Of a stretch of DNA of 64,000 nucleotides, positions 8,155 to 17,272 are shown one piece after another. Under the pieces are notes generated by a model that ran no database searches, was not told the DNA's origin, and was given only the letters and a program-made list of their open reading frames with translations. This stretch comes from an uncultured virus (IMG/VR IMGVR_UViG_3300035190_000668) (taxonomy: Duplodnaviria > Heunggongvirae > Uroviricota > Caudoviricetes). The position numbers and the translations under genes are program-made. The first letter of the stretch is position 1. Each line of letters opens with the position of its first letter. The stretch lies in the IMG/VR virus record IMGVR_UViG_3300035190_000668. One strand, given 5' to 3'.

Positions 8155-9160
8155 CTAAAATCTTATTCTTAATAGAATCTTGTAGATCTAAATCTTCACG
8201 AACCCTGTTGACAAAACCTTCTCTGCCTTGCACCTTGGTTCCATCTGGCAAGACATACCAAGCACCTGTACGTTCAACAATTCCCATCATTTCAGCCGTA
8301 TCAACAAGATCACCAATGCTATCAATACCAACATTATCTCCCCTGAAATAAAAGTCATACTCGCCAGACTGAAAGCCAGGAGAGGTCTTAGAAAATTGGA
8401 GTTCCCAACGAATCTTGCGACCAATCTTTTCTTCAATAAGTTTATCTCCAACATGAATCTTACCTTTAATTGCTTGATTGTCGGATTCCGATGAAAATAA
8501 TTTAATAACAGTAGAAGAATAGAACTTAGTAGCTTGACCACCAGTAGGCTGCTGGCTAGTATACATAGCGCTAATATTGTTACGAGACTGACTAATAAGA
8601 ACAAGCATCGTAGGCTTAACCTTATTATTAGCATAGTTAAGCATTTTCCAAGCGTTGCTAAAGTCTCTAGACTCTGCACCAATTTGTTTTGTATTTTCAA
8701 GTTGTTTAAGTTCATCTGAGTCCTTTTCAAAATAGATAGCTGGCAATAAAGATGTTATAGAGTCAATAACAATTATATCAACCCCTGCATTCATTAGGTT
8801 TGTTCCTACATCAACCATTTCATTAATGGTGCGACATTGTGACACAATAAGCTTTGATGAGTCAACACCAAGACCTTCTGCCCACTTCTTATCATATGAC
8901 ATTTCTGCATCAATCCAAGCACAGATCTTTCCTTCTTTCTGTGCTAAACCAATCATCTGCAGACACAAAGATGACTTTGCAGAAGACTTTGATCCCCAGA
9001 CTAACACCTGACGACCATATGGTAGACCACCATTAAGAGCACGGTTTAAACCAAAACTAGGAGTTGCTGCATATTGTGTTGCAGGGATAGTGTCTCCTGC
9101 CATTACTGTCTTGCGTAGCTTAGGACTAAGCTGAGCCAATACCTCTTCTACAGTCATCAT
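8147..9160 (-). CDS. recA: RecA-like recombinase
   Basis: LNRALNGGLPYGR, WIDAE, IVIDSI, ISQSR, TGGQATKFYSS, GAWY motifs. Confidence 0.92.
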   Translation of the reverse strand: MMTVEEVLAQLSPKLRKTVMAGDTIPATQYAATPSFGLNRALNGGLPYGRQVLVWGSKSSAKSSLCLQMIGLAQKEGKICAWIDAEMSYDKKWAEGLGVDSSKLIVSQCRTINEMVDVGTNLMNAGVDIIVIDSITSLLPAIYFEKDSDELKQLENTKQIGAESRDFSNAWKMLNYANNKVKPTMLVLISQSRNNISAMYTSQQPTGGQATKFYSSTVIKLFSSESDNQAIKGKIHVGDKLIEEKIGRKIRWELQFSKTSPGFQSGEYDFYFRGDNVGIDSIGDLVDTAEMMGIVERTGAWYVLPDGTKVQGREGFVNRVREDLDLQDSIKNKILDV

Positions 9161-9477
9161 TAAAATCTTACTCCATGCTTCTTTGGTCTATCAGAGTTCT
9201 TTGCCATCTTTTCTTTTATGGCCATGTTTAATGATTTAGTCATATACCCTGCACTTACCATACCTGCATATAAATCTAGTGTGCGAATAATGATATCTGC
9301 AAACTCATCTGATAGTTGGTCTGGGTCCATCTCTTTTCTTAGTGCTTCCATTGCTTCAACAACCTCAGAGACAATCATCATCATTTGTTTTGTAACAAAT
9401 ATTTCATCTGCTGGACGATCCCAAAAACCTTTGTCTACTGCATTCTTATGTATGTCTCTTGCTAACTCATCAAACAT
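9160..9477 (-). CDS. MazG-like NTP pyrophosphohydrolase
   Basis: SEVVEAMEA..DEFADIIIR..D..KMAKN.RP.KHG. Confidence 0.8.
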   Translation of the reverse strand: MFDELARDIHKNAVDKGFWDRPADEIFVTKQMMMIVSEVVEAMEALRKEMDPDQLSDEFADIIIRTLDLYAGMVSAGYMTKSLNMAIKEKMAKNSDRPKKHGVRF

Positions 9478-12400
9478 TTTCTACCTCATTCATTGTTATA
9501 GTTCCATCCTTTGTTTTTCCAAAATCAAACTTGTATACACTGCCTTCTTCAATCTTCATGTATGCCTTTGCAAACTGCATTGGAAATACAACTATTGAAT
9601 GCATCTCTCTTCCTGCATCAGCAACAACAAGAGATGCCATCTTTTTGCCAGCCTTTGTTACTCTTGGCTTGAAAGAAACAACAAAGTGTTCGCCTTCTTT
9701 ATAAGGAAGCATCTTATAGTTTAAGAACTTTACTAATGAGCTTTTAGATCCTTTTATCTCGTCAGCAGGAACTGCAGATACAATCCTATTGTCACTTGCA
9801 AGAATAAGATAAGTGCGACCAGTCTCAATAGACGGAGACTCTTCATCAAATATACCAACACTGCCAGTCTTGTCCAAAACTTCAACTCTTGACCACCCTG
9901 TTCCACGCTTGATTGACTTTACCATTCCCAACAATACAAACGATCCAGTCTCCTCATATTCTTCAACATCATTGATGTATGCATAATAGTGTTGAGGTAT
10001 AGATGTATTGAACTCAGGAAGATTTAAATACTCATAAAGATTTTCTTTAACTTCCTGCGGATTTGCTGGATTATCTGGAAATGTAAGTGCTCCCACACAT
10101 CGCATTGCTTGTAATGCACGACTATTTACTCCGTTACCTTTTGTAAATGTAAACTCTTCAACCTCTTTGTATGAGGCAAATGGACGACCAGCAATATATC
10201 TTTCAGCAATCTTATCAGATATATACTTGATTCCAGTTAGTCCAAACCTAATTCCCTTACCCTCAATCTTAAAGTCAATGTCTGAATCATTAAGATGAGG
10301 AAGCTTGATAGGAATTCCCATACGCTTTGCTTCAATAAGATACTCTGTTCGTCCATCCTTGTCCTTTTCATTTTTAAGAAGTGCGAACATAAACTCTAGT
10401 GGATAGTGGTACTTTAACCACGCTGTCCAATATGACAATGTTGAGTATGCTACTGCGTGAGACTTGTTAAATGAGTACCCTGCGTGAGCCTCAAAGTCAT
10501 GCCATAGATCTAGCGCATCGTTTGGCGAAAGATATTGCGAAGCACCCTTAACAAATTGATCTTTGAAAACATCAAATTCTTTAGCATCTTTTTTCTTTCC
10601 AATGATCTTTCTAACTTTATCTGCTTCCGACATGGACATACCGCCAAGCTGTACGCATGCTTGCATAACTTGTTCCTGGTAAAGAATACAGCCATATGTT
10701 TCCTCCGTAAATGATTTCATAACCTGATGCTTATAATCAATATTCTCTCGTCCATGTTTACGAGCAATATAAGACTTACCAATTGTATTCATAGCACCAG
10801 GGCGAACGAGTGCATTTGATGCTGCAAGCTCTGCTAGATTCTTAACACGCATCTTAACTAGAAGGTTTGTATATGGTGCTGCTTCACACTGAAACACACC
10901 CTTTGTGTATCCATCAGATAGCATTGTATATACGTTTGCATCGTCCATATCAATCTTTAATAGATCAATCTTTGTGCCTTCACGTTCCTTAATAATATCA
11001 ATGCAATCCTTGAGAACGCTTAAAGTCTTTAGTCCAAGTGCATCAATCTTAATCAGACCAATGTTTTCTGCTTCGCCCATGTCTACCGCTACTACTGGAA
11101 TACGTTCATCTTGTCCAGTAACTGATCGTGTTTCTAATGGTGCATATCTAAAGATTGGGTCTTTGCTTGTTACAACTCCTGCTGCGTGAATTCCAGTACC
11201 ACGAATTCTTCCACGAAGTTGGTCTCCGTAGCGCTCTACCTCTGGATACTTTTCTCTAAACCAATAAGTATTTTTTGAAGTACAGAAGTCATCCCATGTA
11301 TCAACAACCTTAAGAACCTTGTTAACGTCTGGCAAAGGAATATTTAAACATCTTGCAACATCTCGTACCACACCCTTGTCTTTAAACTGTAAAAATGTAG
11401 CAATAGATGCAACGTGACGGTACTGACGAACTAGATAATCCTTTACTTCATCACGACGAGTATCTTGAATGTCTGAGTCAATATCAGGAAAGTCATTACG
11501 GTCTGGGTTAATAAAACGGAAAAACAGTAATCCATGCTTGATTGGGTCAATGTCTGTAATACCAAGCGCATAACATAGTAGTGAACCTGCAGCAGATCCA
11601 CGACCAGGACCAACCATAATGCCTTCACTCTTTGCCCAGTTAAGCATATTACGAACAACTAGAAAGTATGGACCAAAGTTTTTCTCACCAATAATCTCTA
11701 ACTCTTCATCAAGTCGTTCAAGATATTTTTTATCCTTGTCTAACTTTCTTTCCTTAAGACCTTCAAGTGCAAGCTTCTTAAGTTCATCCATTGGCTTTTT
11801 ATACTGTACTGGAAGTAAATCTAAATGCTCTTTAATGTCATAGCCTTCAACCTTGTCAGCAATTTCGTTTGTAGAAGCAAACATGTCTTCACGATCAATG
11901 CCCTGCTTAAGCATTGCATCCTTCATCTCATCATATGAAAGAAGATGAATGTCAAACTTATTAAAACTCATCATGCGGTCTGCACCATAAAGATAATCAA
12001 GGCGATCCATGAATGACTCATGCTTCTTTGACTTATCATATGTTACATCTTTCTGTAACTTGGCATGAGTATTTAGAAGTAGCATTAGCTCCTGAACTTC
12101 TTTTTGACTTGTGTCAGAGTGATGGCAGTCTGGTGTTACAACAATCTTAACCTTGGCTGCATCCGCAAGCTCAATAATTCCCTTATTAACTTCTGGTGGG
12201 TTGTGTGGCATTACCTCAATATAGTAATCATCACCAAATTCTTTTTTAAACCACTGTATGTGTTTCTTTGCTGTTGCAAGCTCACCTAGTTCAACAGCCT
12301 TGGCTATCCAGCCACTAAGACATGCAGAGGTTACGATAATGCCTTCTTTATACTTTGCCAATGTTTCAAAATCAAATCTTGGCTTACTAAAGAAACCATC

Positions 12401-12745
12401 TGTCCATGCAATTTCATTAATCTTGTTAAGGTTTTCCAAACCTTGTTGGTTCTTAGCGAGAAGGACTATATGATGATAGTTTTGGTCAAGAGGGTCAAGG
12501 CGGTCTGCCTTTGCTCTCTTATCTTCCATACTTGTCGTCATATAGCCTTCTACACCAAGAATTGGCTTAATTCCATTTGCTTTTGCAATACGGTGCAGTT
12601 CCCTATGCCCAGATAAAGTACCGTGGTCAGTAATGGCAATTGCTGTCATTCCTAACTCAACTGCACGGTTCACGTATTCTTCTGGAGTAGCAACACCATC
12701 CATTAAGGAGTAGTGTGTATGGACATGTAAGCCAACGTAGTTCAT
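9470..12745 (-). CDS. dnaE: DNA polymerase III alpha subunit (family C)
   Basis: PHP motifs HVHTHYSLMDG, TDHG; GRGSAAGS; FPDIDSD; HAAGV; KIDALGL; YSFNKSHA. Confidence 0.96.
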   Translation of the reverse strand: MNYVGLHVHTHYSLMDGVATPEEYVNRAVELGMTAIAITDHGTLSGHRELHRIAKANGIKPILGVEGYMTTSMEDKRAKADRLDPLDQNYHHIVLLAKNQQGLENLNKINEIAWTDGFFSKPRFDFETLAKYKEGIIVTSACLSGWIAKAVELGELATAKKHIQWFKKEFGDDYYIEVMPHNPPEVNKGIIELADAAKVKIVVTPDCHHSDTSQKEVQELMLLLNTHAKLQKDVTYDKSKKHESFMDRLDYLYGADRMMSFNKFDIHLLSYDEMKDAMLKQGIDREDMFASTNEIADKVEGYDIKEHLDLLPVQYKKPMDELKKLALEGLKERKLDKDKKYLERLDEELEIIGEKNFGPYFLVVRNMLNWAKSEGIMVGPGRGSAAGSLLCYALGITDIDPIKHGLLFFRFINPDRNDFPDIDSDIQDTRRDEVKDYLVRQYRHVASIATFLQFKDKGVVRDVARCLNIPLPDVNKVLKVVDTWDDFCTSKNTYWFREKYPEVERYGDQLRGRIRGTGIHAAGVVTSKDPIFRYAPLETRSVTGQDERIPVVAVDMGEAENIGLIKIDALGLKTLSVLKDCIDIIKEREGTKIDLLKIDMDDANVYTMLSDGYTKGVFQCEAAPYTNLLVKMRVKNLAELAASNALVRPGAMNTIGKSYIARKHGRENIDYKHQVMKSFTEETYGCILYQEQVMQACVQLGGMSMSEADKVRKIIGKKKDAKEFDVFKDQFVKGASQYLSPNDALDLWHDFEAHAGYSFNKSHAVAYSTLSYWTAWLKYHYPLEFMFALLKNEKDKDGRTEYLIEAKRMGIPIKLPHLNDSDIDFKIEGKGIRFGLTGIKYISDKIAERYIAGRPFASYKEVEEFTFTKGNGVNSRALQAMRCVGALTFPDNPANPQEVKENLYEYLNLPEFNTSIPQHYYAYINDVEEYEETGSFVLLGMVKSIKRGTGWSRVEVLDKTGSVGIFDEESPSIETGRTYLILASDNRIVSAVPADEIKGSKSSLVKFLNYKMLPYKEGEHFVVSFKPRVTKAGKKMASLVVADAGREMHSIVVFPMQFAKAYMKIEEGSVYKFDFGKTKDGTITMNEVENV

Positions 12746-12748
12746 CTA

Positions 12749-13405
12749 TTACCAGTCAATGTTTGCTGATGATGAAGATGAAGGAGTATCAAAGCCTAGA
12801 TAAAAGGCTTCTTGTTCCGCATATGGAACCTTGTTGAGAGCCTTCTCCAAAGGATAAGGTTCAACTCCTGACCAATCAAATGGTGCAGAATCTGGAGAGC
12901 TTGGAATCAATGTATAGCTTGTCTCAGTTCCCTGACCGTTGCGCTTTACCTTCCAAGTAAGATTTGAGATGCTTCCTGTTTCTAGTGCATACTCACGAAT
13001 AGTATTAAATGCAGACTGCTTGCTAACACCCATGTTCCAAATTGCAACATATGGTGCCTCAATGCCATCATCTACAAGAACGTTGCAGTAAAAGCGAAGA
13101 CGTGCACGCCATCCTGCCTTCATGTCCTTACGGTGCATTTCTTCTGCCCAGTCACGACCTTCTGATTCCATCGTGTCTACAGCCTTACGCTTGTAGTCCT
13201 TTGGATTTGTGTGCTCTGAAACAACCAATGCAAGGCCACGAGCCTCATTATAGTTAGCTGAATCTTCATCAAGCTCTTCAATAAAACGAATCTTTACTGC
13301 TTGACCATCAGCGATCTTGAACCAACGAACCTTTGCACCTGTGCCTTCAAACTTTGGCTTGTCTACTAATGCGTTAATGTTTTTTAATCCTTTTACAATT
13401 GCCAT
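12749..13405 (-). CDS. Single-stranded DNA-binding protein (gp32-like OB fold)
   Basis: Located between primase and polymerase; KIRF, KVKRNGQGTETSYTLIP; Ser-rich/acidic tail ending IDW. Confidence 0.7.
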   Translation of the reverse strand: MAIVKGLKNINALVDKPKFEGTGAKVRWFKIADGQAVKIRFIEELDEDSANYNEARGLALVVSEHTNPKDYKRKAVDTMESEGRDWAEEMHRKDMKAGWRARLRFYCNVLVDDGIEAPYVAIWNMGVSKQSAFNTIREYALETGSISNLTWKVKRNGQGTETSYTLIPSSPDSAPFDWSGVEPYPLEKALNKVPYAEQEAFYLGFDTPSSSSSANIDW

Positions 13406-13435
13406 TTTTTATTTCTCCTTGTTTGTTTATTGTTT

Positions 13436-14362
13436 TTATTTTAGCATAGAAATGATTGAATTGTCAAACTGGAACTCTAGTTTTCTAATCTCATCATCAT
13501 CCATGTCTCCTATGTCTTTGTATTTTGTGTCTAGCTTAATTACAGTTACAAGACTTCCTAATTTTTCAATTAGTTTGTCTTTCATAATTGTACCAGCCTC
13601 GTCATTGTCTGCAACTAGTACTACATTATTGAAGTACTTTTCTAATAGTCTGATTTGTGATACAGACACATTAGCACCCAGCGTTGCAACTGCTGGAAAA
13701 CCAACTTGATCTAAGCGTATAGCATCAAAAGATGACTCCACTACATATACTATACTAGAGCTCTTGACTTTGTGTAAGTTAAATAAAACCTTGCTCTTGG
13801 GAAGCCCTGGAGTATTTTTAAATTCTTTACCTTCAATTGTTCTAGCAACAAACCCAATACACATTCCGTCAGGTGAGTGGATGGGTATGGTTACTGATCC
13901 TTGTTTTTCTGAATAGCCAAGGTCAAACTTTACCACAGACTCTTTAGTAATTCTACGACCATGAAAATAATTCATCGCTGTTGGGCTATCAAGTGCCTGC
14001 TTATTTAATCTTTTAATAAGTAACTCATCATACTGTACAAAATCTGGTGGTGCATAGAGTGCTTTATCTACTATGGTTTGTATATCAGACTGCTGCTCTT
14101 TTCCCTTAATATAGCGTACCGTTTCAAAATAAGATCTATTTGAAGTAAACATAATAAGCTCAACAAGGTTTTTTGTTGTTTGGCAACCAAAACAAAAGAA
14201 TAAGCCACTATCTTTTGCTACTTCTCCAGCAGGAGTTCTGGTGTTATTGTGGTATGGGCAATAAATTATAAAGTCGTTTCCAAACTCAGCCTCAATGTCC
14301 AAACCTGCTCCATTAAGAATACGACGAATTTGTTCTTCTGTATATATCTCTTTACTTGCCAT
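13436..14362 (-). CDS. dnaG: DNA primase (CHC2 Zn finger + TOPRIM)
   Basis: CPYH..CFGC; VVESSFDA; ATLG; DND.AG; KDIGD. Start moved to ATG 14362, overlapping the dnaB end. Confidence 0.9.
   Translation of the reverse strand: MASKEIYTEEQIRRILNGAGLDIEAEFGNDFIIYCPYHNNTRTPAGEVAKDSGLFFCFGCQTTKNLVELIMFTSNRSYFETVRYIKGKEQQSDIQTIVDKALYAPPDFVQYDELLIKRLNKQALDSPTAMNYFHGRRITKESVVKFDLGYSEKQGSVTIPIHSPDGMCIGFVARTIEGKEFKNTPGLPKSKVLFNLHKVKSSSIVYVVESSFDAIRLDQVGFPAVATLGANVSVSQIRLLEKYFNNVVLVADNDEAGTIMKDKLIEKLGSLVTVIKLDTKYKDIGDMDDDEIRKLEFQFDNSIISMLK
13438..13446 (-). promoter_or_regulatory. Extended -10 promoter TGCTAAAAT for the SSB gene, embedded in the primase 3' end
   Basis: Matches the recurrent motif about 30 nt upstream of the ssb start. 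Confidence 0.5.
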
Positions 14363-15575
14363 CTTCAAAGTCCTTGTATCTGTAATATCCCTTGTCAAAG
14401 TCTGCTTGTACTAAAAAGTCTCCCATAAAACCATTACGGTTCTTTCTAAAGGCACATTCAATAATGTCACTATTGAGTCCACGACCTAGCGCTAAAACCC
14501 AGTCAGCATCATATGCAATCTGTCTTGACCATGCAGTTTGTGCAAGGGTAGGAACAGTAGACATATCCTTTACATCATCAGGTGTTGCAGATGAGATAGC
14601 AATGATAGGCACTTCTTCACTAATAGCCATAAGCTTTAGTTCACGGGAAAGGTTTTTCATTTTTACCGTTTCGTTATCAGCCTTTTGGTTTGGAGACATA
14701 AGCTGTAGGTAATCAACTACAACAAAGTCAGGCTTGTACTGATCTAGCTTTCCACGAATCACAGAAGGTGTTACTTCTCCACCAGAGTCATTTGAGATAA
14801 TGTGAAATGGTGGGCGACCATCAATTCTATCTGTATGCCACTTCTTCATCATATCAAGTTCTACTTCACCATTAGAAAGCTTTCTATGTGACCATAGACC
14901 CTCACCCATAATTGTAAAGACACGATTACGAACCTCTGTCTCGCTCATCTCAAGGGAGATAATAAGGGGTGTCTTACCCTGTTTCCAGGCCTGTACAGCA
15001 AAGTATAGAGCCATCCAAGACTTTCCTATACCTGGATAGGCTAGAAAGACTCCCAGCTGCCCTGGCATAATTCCAGAAGGTAGGTAGTTATCAAAACCTG
15101 GCAAGCCTGTCTTTATACCACGATGACCTAAAGCCATTTGCTCTTTTACATTTTCAAAGTAAGCAATCGCAGAATCAATATCTGTAGCATCAATATCACG
15201 AATAGAAGATGTATTCTTTTTTAGAGTAGATGTCTTGGTGATAAGTTCTTCAAGTGCTATTGATCCCTGACCACCTTGTACTTCAGTTGCTGCTGATCTT
15301 AAAATATCTTTTAATGTATCGTTTAAATATTCTGTTTGTAATTCTTCTAGGTGGTGCTTGGTTGCTCCAACTTCTTTAATAATCTCAAAGTCTCTAAACT
15401 TTTCTACGACCAAAGATGCTGGAGGCACTGTTCCATTGTTCTCAGCATAAAGACGAATAAAGTTCCATACATCATTATGTGTTCTAAGGAATGTTTCTAC
15501 GTTTGCCTGTAATAATACATGGAGTTGCTTATCCTGCAATACAGCTGAAATTACTTTAGCTTCTGTATTATTCAC
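14352..15575 (-). CDS. dnaB: Replicative DnaB-like helicase
   Basis: TGLPGFD, AYPGIGKS, ISLEMS, VVDYLQLM, LSRELKLMA, YDAD, KNRNG. Confidence 0.93.
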   Translation of the reverse strand: MNNTEAKVISAVLQDKQLHVLLQANVETFLRTHNDVWNFIRLYAENNGTVPPASLVVEKFRDFEIIKEVGATKHHLEELQTEYLNDTLKDILRSAATEVQGGQGSIALEELITKTSTLKKNTSSIRDIDATDIDSAIAYFENVKEQMALGHRGIKTGLPGFDNYLPSGIMPGQLGVFLAYPGIGKSWMALYFAVQAWKQGKTPLIISLEMSETEVRNRVFTIMGEGLWSHRKLSNGEVELDMMKKWHTDRIDGRPPFHIISNDSGGEVTPSVIRGKLDQYKPDFVVVDYLQLMSPNQKADNETVKMKNLSRELKLMAISEEVPIIAISSATPDDVKDMSTVPTLAQTAWSRQIAYDADWVLALGRGLNSDIIECAFRKNRNGFMGDFLVQADFDKGYYRYKDFEDGK

Positions 15576-15876
15576 TTAGCCACTCCTTTGCTTTAGCCCT
15601 ACGCTCTTGTCTATCTTTTATATCTTGCTCTACATCTAGTTTACCATTAAGAATTTTTTCTGCATTATAAGCAAAGTAGTTCCAAGTTGGATCTTGTGCA
15701 ACAGAAAAGTAATAGTCTAATAAGTCATAGCACTGAGACATTCCGTATGATTCAACAAGGCCGTCAGCTGCCCACTGTTCAACATTTAAATTTAGAGATG
15801 GCTTTTGCTCATATCTTGCTGTATGCAATTTTGAGTATCTACTAAGCAAAGCCATTCGGTCTTTGCGTTCAGCCAT
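15568..15876 (-). CDS. Hypothetical protein (replication module)
   Basis: Overlaps the dnaB start. Confidence 0.7.
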   Translation of the reverse strand: MAERKDRMALLSRYSKLHTARYEQKPSLNLNVEQWAADGLVESYGMSQCYDLLDYYFSVAQDPTWNYFAYNAEKILNGKLDVEQDIKDRQERRAKAKEWLSE

Positions 15877-16103
15877 TACTCGTTGATTTCAGACTTTGCT
15901 TCGTTAATTTTATCAGTTAGCTTATCTTCTACAAACTTATATACACGCTCAAAAGCTTCATTTGTAGTCTCACCATCACGCTTGCTATCTACAACTCCCA
16001 GATCAAGTCTTAGTGATTGAAAGTTTCCTAAATTAAGTGTGTATCCTAGTGTTACATTTATCTTTGTTGGTTCGTTTGTTACTACGTAATTGCTATTTTC
16101 CAT
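15876..16103 (-). CDS. Hypothetical protein (TLNLGNFQSLRLD family)
   Basis: Start moved to ATG 16103 after a GGGG-rich SD; motif resembles a widespread small phage protein. Confidence 0.7.
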   Translation of the reverse strand: MENSNYVVTNEPTKINVTLGYTLNLGNFQSLRLDLGVVDSKRDGETTNEAFERVYKFVEDKLTDKINEAKSEINE

Positions 16104-16122
16104 TACCCCACCCATTTCTAAA

Positions 16123-16665
16123 TTATATAGACTCATTCCACACTGGAATAAATCGTCCATCTTCTGTTCTCGTATATGTAAGTATACCGTCTCCCATTCG
16201 CCGTGTCAACTCTTGGCTTGTAGGAGTCATGTTATTCGTTATTAATTTGTCTTTTCTTGGTTGTCCAATATGTATACTTGCAAGTATAGCACGTATCTCC
16301 CTAACGTGAGATTCAGAGTAGTAAGCTCTTACTTTAAAAGATCTTTCTCCATTTAGTGATGCACCAATTGGTGGTGGAATCACTCCTCGTTTAATTAAAC
16401 TTGGAATATATTTTCTATGTCTATTGACAAGCTTAGCAGTCTCTGCTACACTGTATGCTCTTTCACGACCCTTTTTAAAATCAGAAAGCAGACATGTCTC
16501 TAAACGATCTTTAGTTATATTATAAAACGTTACCATGCCAGTAGAACGAGAGCTGTGGTAAACCTTCACTAGGTCTCCATTGATAAACCATACCTTAACC
16601 TTACCTTTTATTATAGGTTCGTTATTGTATGCTTGGCTCTGGATTTTTCCTTTTGAAGTATCCAT
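16123..16665 (-). CDS. MerR/excisionase-like HTH DNA-binding protein
   Basis: YSVAETAKLVNRHRKYIPSLIKRGVIP..RAYYSE pattern. Confidence 0.65.
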   Translation of the reverse strand: MDTSKGKIQSQAYNNEPIIKGKVKVWFINGDLVKVYHSSRSTGMVTFYNITKDRLETCLLSDFKKGRERAYSVAETAKLVNRHRKYIPSLIKRGVIPPPIGASLNGERSFKVRAYYSESHVREIRAILASIHIGQPRKDKLITNNMTPTSQELTRRMGDGILTYTRTEDGRFIPVWNESI

Positions 16666-16802
16666 TTTCCCTCTTTTGTTGCAGAAGGTGGATGATAGAA
16701 CTTTCTATTTCCACATGTTATGCAGGCTGTCTCTATATGTTCAGCAGTAGTGTACTGCCTATCTACAAATACACGACCAGTGCACCTATTGCATTTTAGC
16801 AT
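16611..16802 (-). CDS. Zinc-ribbon protein
   Basis: CNRC..CITCG. Confidence 0.65.
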   Translation of the reverse strand: MLKCNRCTGRVFVDRQYTTAEHIETACITCGNRKFYHPPSATKEGKWILQKEKSRAKHTITNL

Positions 16803-16810
16803 AATGCCCC

Positions 16811-16996
16811 TTAGTTAGAAATTTTTTCTTCAATACTATTAGAGTATTCTTCCATAGCTTTTTGCTTTGCTTCTTTTTCTTGAGCAGCTTGAGTAATTTC
16901 AGCCCTAAGAATTGCAACCTGTGTTTCATAGTTTGAAACAAGCTCACCTATGCGTTGTTGCAATGCCATTATAACTAGCTCTGCTTTATTATCCAT
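16811..16996 (-). CDS. Small coiled-coil protein
   Basis: Heptad pattern; SD AAGGGG. Confidence 0.65.
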   Translation of the reverse strand: MDNKAELVIMALQQRIGELVSNYETQVAILRAEITQAAQEKEAKQKAMEEYSNSIEEKISN

Positions 16997-17012
16997 ACCT
17001 TACCCCTTTATT

Positions 17013-17225
17013 TTATTTTGAAAGTTTTGCCAGCTCTGCAAGCAGGGCATCTCGTTTTAAGTTTAAATCTGCCAGTTGAGATTCTAAAGAATCTGAAGTC
17101 TCTGATGTTTTAATTGCTTTTTCTTCAACTAAAGACATTTCAATATTAAAAATAGAATAATCAAGATTTTTAATGTGTTGATTAATAATCCCAGATTTTT
17201 CTTCATAAGTTAAAAGTGCGCTCAT
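17013..17225 (-). CDS. Small coiled-coil protein
   Basis: SD GGAGG; own promoter at 17243-17251. Confidence 0.7.
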   Translation of the reverse strand: MSALLTYEEKSGIINQHIKNLDYSIFNIEMSLVEEKAIKTSETSDSLESQLADLNLKRDALLAELAKLSK

Positions 17226-17242
17226 TTTATTCCTCCTTTATT

Positions 17243-17251
17243 ATTATATCA
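17243..17251 (-). promoter_or_regulatory. Extended -10 promoter TGATATAAT, probably heading the replication block
   Basis: Intergenic consensus match. Confidence 0.65.
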
Positions 17252-17272
17252 TACTGATTGTTTGTTAACATA

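Noticed and set aside
9470..12745. Inteins or introns in dnaE, dnaB, terL, recA or nrdJ
   Set aside because: Protein lengths are normal, motifs are contiguous and no splicing or LAGLIDADG motifs were seen.
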